Position numbers and translations under genes: made by a program
Notes under the pieces: model-generated
The model's input: only the letters and a program-made list of their open reading frames with translations
The model's database searches: none
Told to the model about the DNA's origin: nothing
Shown here: in pieces, positions 62,121 to 64,000 of the stretch
Position numbering within the stretch: position 1 is the first letter of the stretch
Layout of the letters: every line of letters begins with the position of its first letter
NCBI RefSeq assembly: GCF_009914755.1
Contig: NC_060928.1
Length of the DNA: 64,000 bases
Reading direction: 5' to 3' (one strand)
From: the human T2T-CHM13v2.0 reference genome, Homo sapiens

Positions 62121-64000
62121 ATGAAAAGAGGCTTCCATGAGAAGACCTCTCTCTCACCACACCCATTCTTCAAGCTTTGGACATGGTCTTGTGAGAACAT
62201 TGTCTTGTGAGGCCTGGAGCTGAAGCAGGTATTTTGTGACCACCAGACAAACAGCCTAAAGGAAAAGTCCAACATAATAAAAGGGAACGGAAGGACAGAA
62301 ACCATCTAGGTCCCTGAGGTCATAGTTGAACTGCCAGTCAACTCTCTGGATTTATTTATCAATAACGAGTATTCCCAGGTTTAAGCCACTCCTATTATGG
62401 TTTTCTAGGGCCAAGGACAGTGCCTGACACACAGAGAGAACTCAAAAACACTTGATTCATGTAGTTAAATTTTATTCATTTTTATGTTCTAAACATCACA
62501 GTTCCTTGTGTATATTGGCTAAGGACTAAAAGTTTTGTTAGAAATGAATATTTTGAATAACTAGGCATAGACTCCCAGCTAAAGTCAAATAACTTGAGAT
62601 GATTGACTAAAGTTCAGTCTTCTGTAGTCAAATGGAAATCTGTAATGTTACGATGAAATTAACAGCAGAACAGCAATTTTTAGCACTTGAAAAGTCTCAA
62701 TGACACCTCTATAAGCCCTGTTAATAACAGACATTCTCTGTTTATTTTTGCATCATTTAATGTTAATTTGTTAATTTTGACAGCTGTAGTTTATATTTTT
62801 GGGCATTACATAGCATGTGCTATCATATGAGCTTGGTCATTATTCAGGATCCGGATAGGAACAGCAGTAGTATCTCAAATAACCTCCAGCTTCTTTAGAC
62901 AGCATTGGCTCCTGTTCTGTCTTACTAGTTGCTAGAAATAGTGACGTTTGGCAAGTCGCTATATCTCATCTTTCAAAATGAAAGCTTGAACTGGAATCAG
63001 TTTTAAAGTGCTATGATTTTTATCCTGCTGAACCATGAATTCTTCTTTTGTTTGTCTGCTGCAGCCAGACTATTATTGGAATGTATTCCGATAATAGTGA
63101 CAGTTAAATGCTCTCTTTAGATGCTCAAATACCTTTCTGAAATGGTATATTCTTTACCCACTCCAGTGTAATTACCATCAATTGTAAATATAAGGAAGAA
63201 ATATGAGGCAAAAATTGACCAGCACTGCCATGTGGGGAATTACTTTCATGCAATGGTAGTTTCCAGGTATACAACCAGGCAGGTGAGCACAGATGTCATC
63301 GAATAGGAAGGTTCACAGTTCAAATTAAGATGCTCAAATCACACAGTTTATTACATCAATCTAAAACATACAGTGAGAAGCAAAGGAAAGAGGGTAGATT
63401 AATCCATGAAGGATAGGGTACAAACAGATGAAAGGTCACGTCACCTGAATATCACACAATGCTCACATGAACTGCCTGGATTAATTCACCTTTTTGTCTT
63501 TCTCTTGCCAAACTCAGCCACACCAGCTTTACCCACTGACGGTGTGATTGCAAAAACCAGGGTGGAGGTCTAAGAACAAAGTGGCCCAACAGATGTAAAA
63601 TACATGGGGCCAGTTGCTTTATTAGAGAGATGCAAGGGCAATGATGCCGGGCCACAATTATAACTTGCCAAATAGCCCAGTAAGCATTTAAGTACTTTAC
63701 TATTCCTCTTGGACAGAGGATATATGGGGCCAGACTGTATGTCACCAATGGGTGGCTTATTTTCAGTGCAATAAATATTGAGTGCCTCATATGCCTCATA
63801 TGCATATTTCATGAATCAATGAATATTTGGTGCATACTCAGTCCTTCTATTCTTTACTATGTTTAAGTGATTTTCTTATTTGTTCCACTGTTTTTGCCAG
63901 TTTACCACATAAGTACTCAACTTACTTTTTCTATGTGTCATAAGCTATTGGCTTCTATACTTAGTATTATATATTCTCCTTCCTTTCGCCTCTTATTTTC

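Overview
Primate (very likely human) genomic DNA, Alu/L1/L2/MIR/LTR/DNA-transposon rich. It holds the 5' end of the adhesion GPCR gene ADGRA3 (GPR125) on the minus strand. A CpG-island promoter spans ~53.0-54.3 kb. Coding exon 1 is 53588..53332 (signal peptide, poly-Gly, LRR N-cap), followed by a ~41.7 kb intron 1 and a 72-nt single-LRR exon 2 (11639..11568). Intron 2 runs off the left edge. Upstream of the promoter are a near full-length decayed Tigger4 (Zombi) transposon and a multi-layer nest of mobile elements. Almost all other listed ORFs are repeat- or GC-content artefacts. I see no convincing novel multi-gene system. The most interesting unexplained signals are in the ADGRA3 leader/promoter: a 34-codon uORF in frame with the CDS and separated from it by one TAG, a CUG-started poly-Gly micro-ORF over a GGC repeat in the same frame, a perfect 22-bp duplication carrying B-box-like motifs, and a canonical NF-kB site. 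Intron 1 also has a very young AluYc1-like insertion and a sense-oriented THE1 solo LTR with an intact splice donor. Repeat subfamily names come from recalled consensus similarity, and their boundaries are approximate unless TSDs are quoted.
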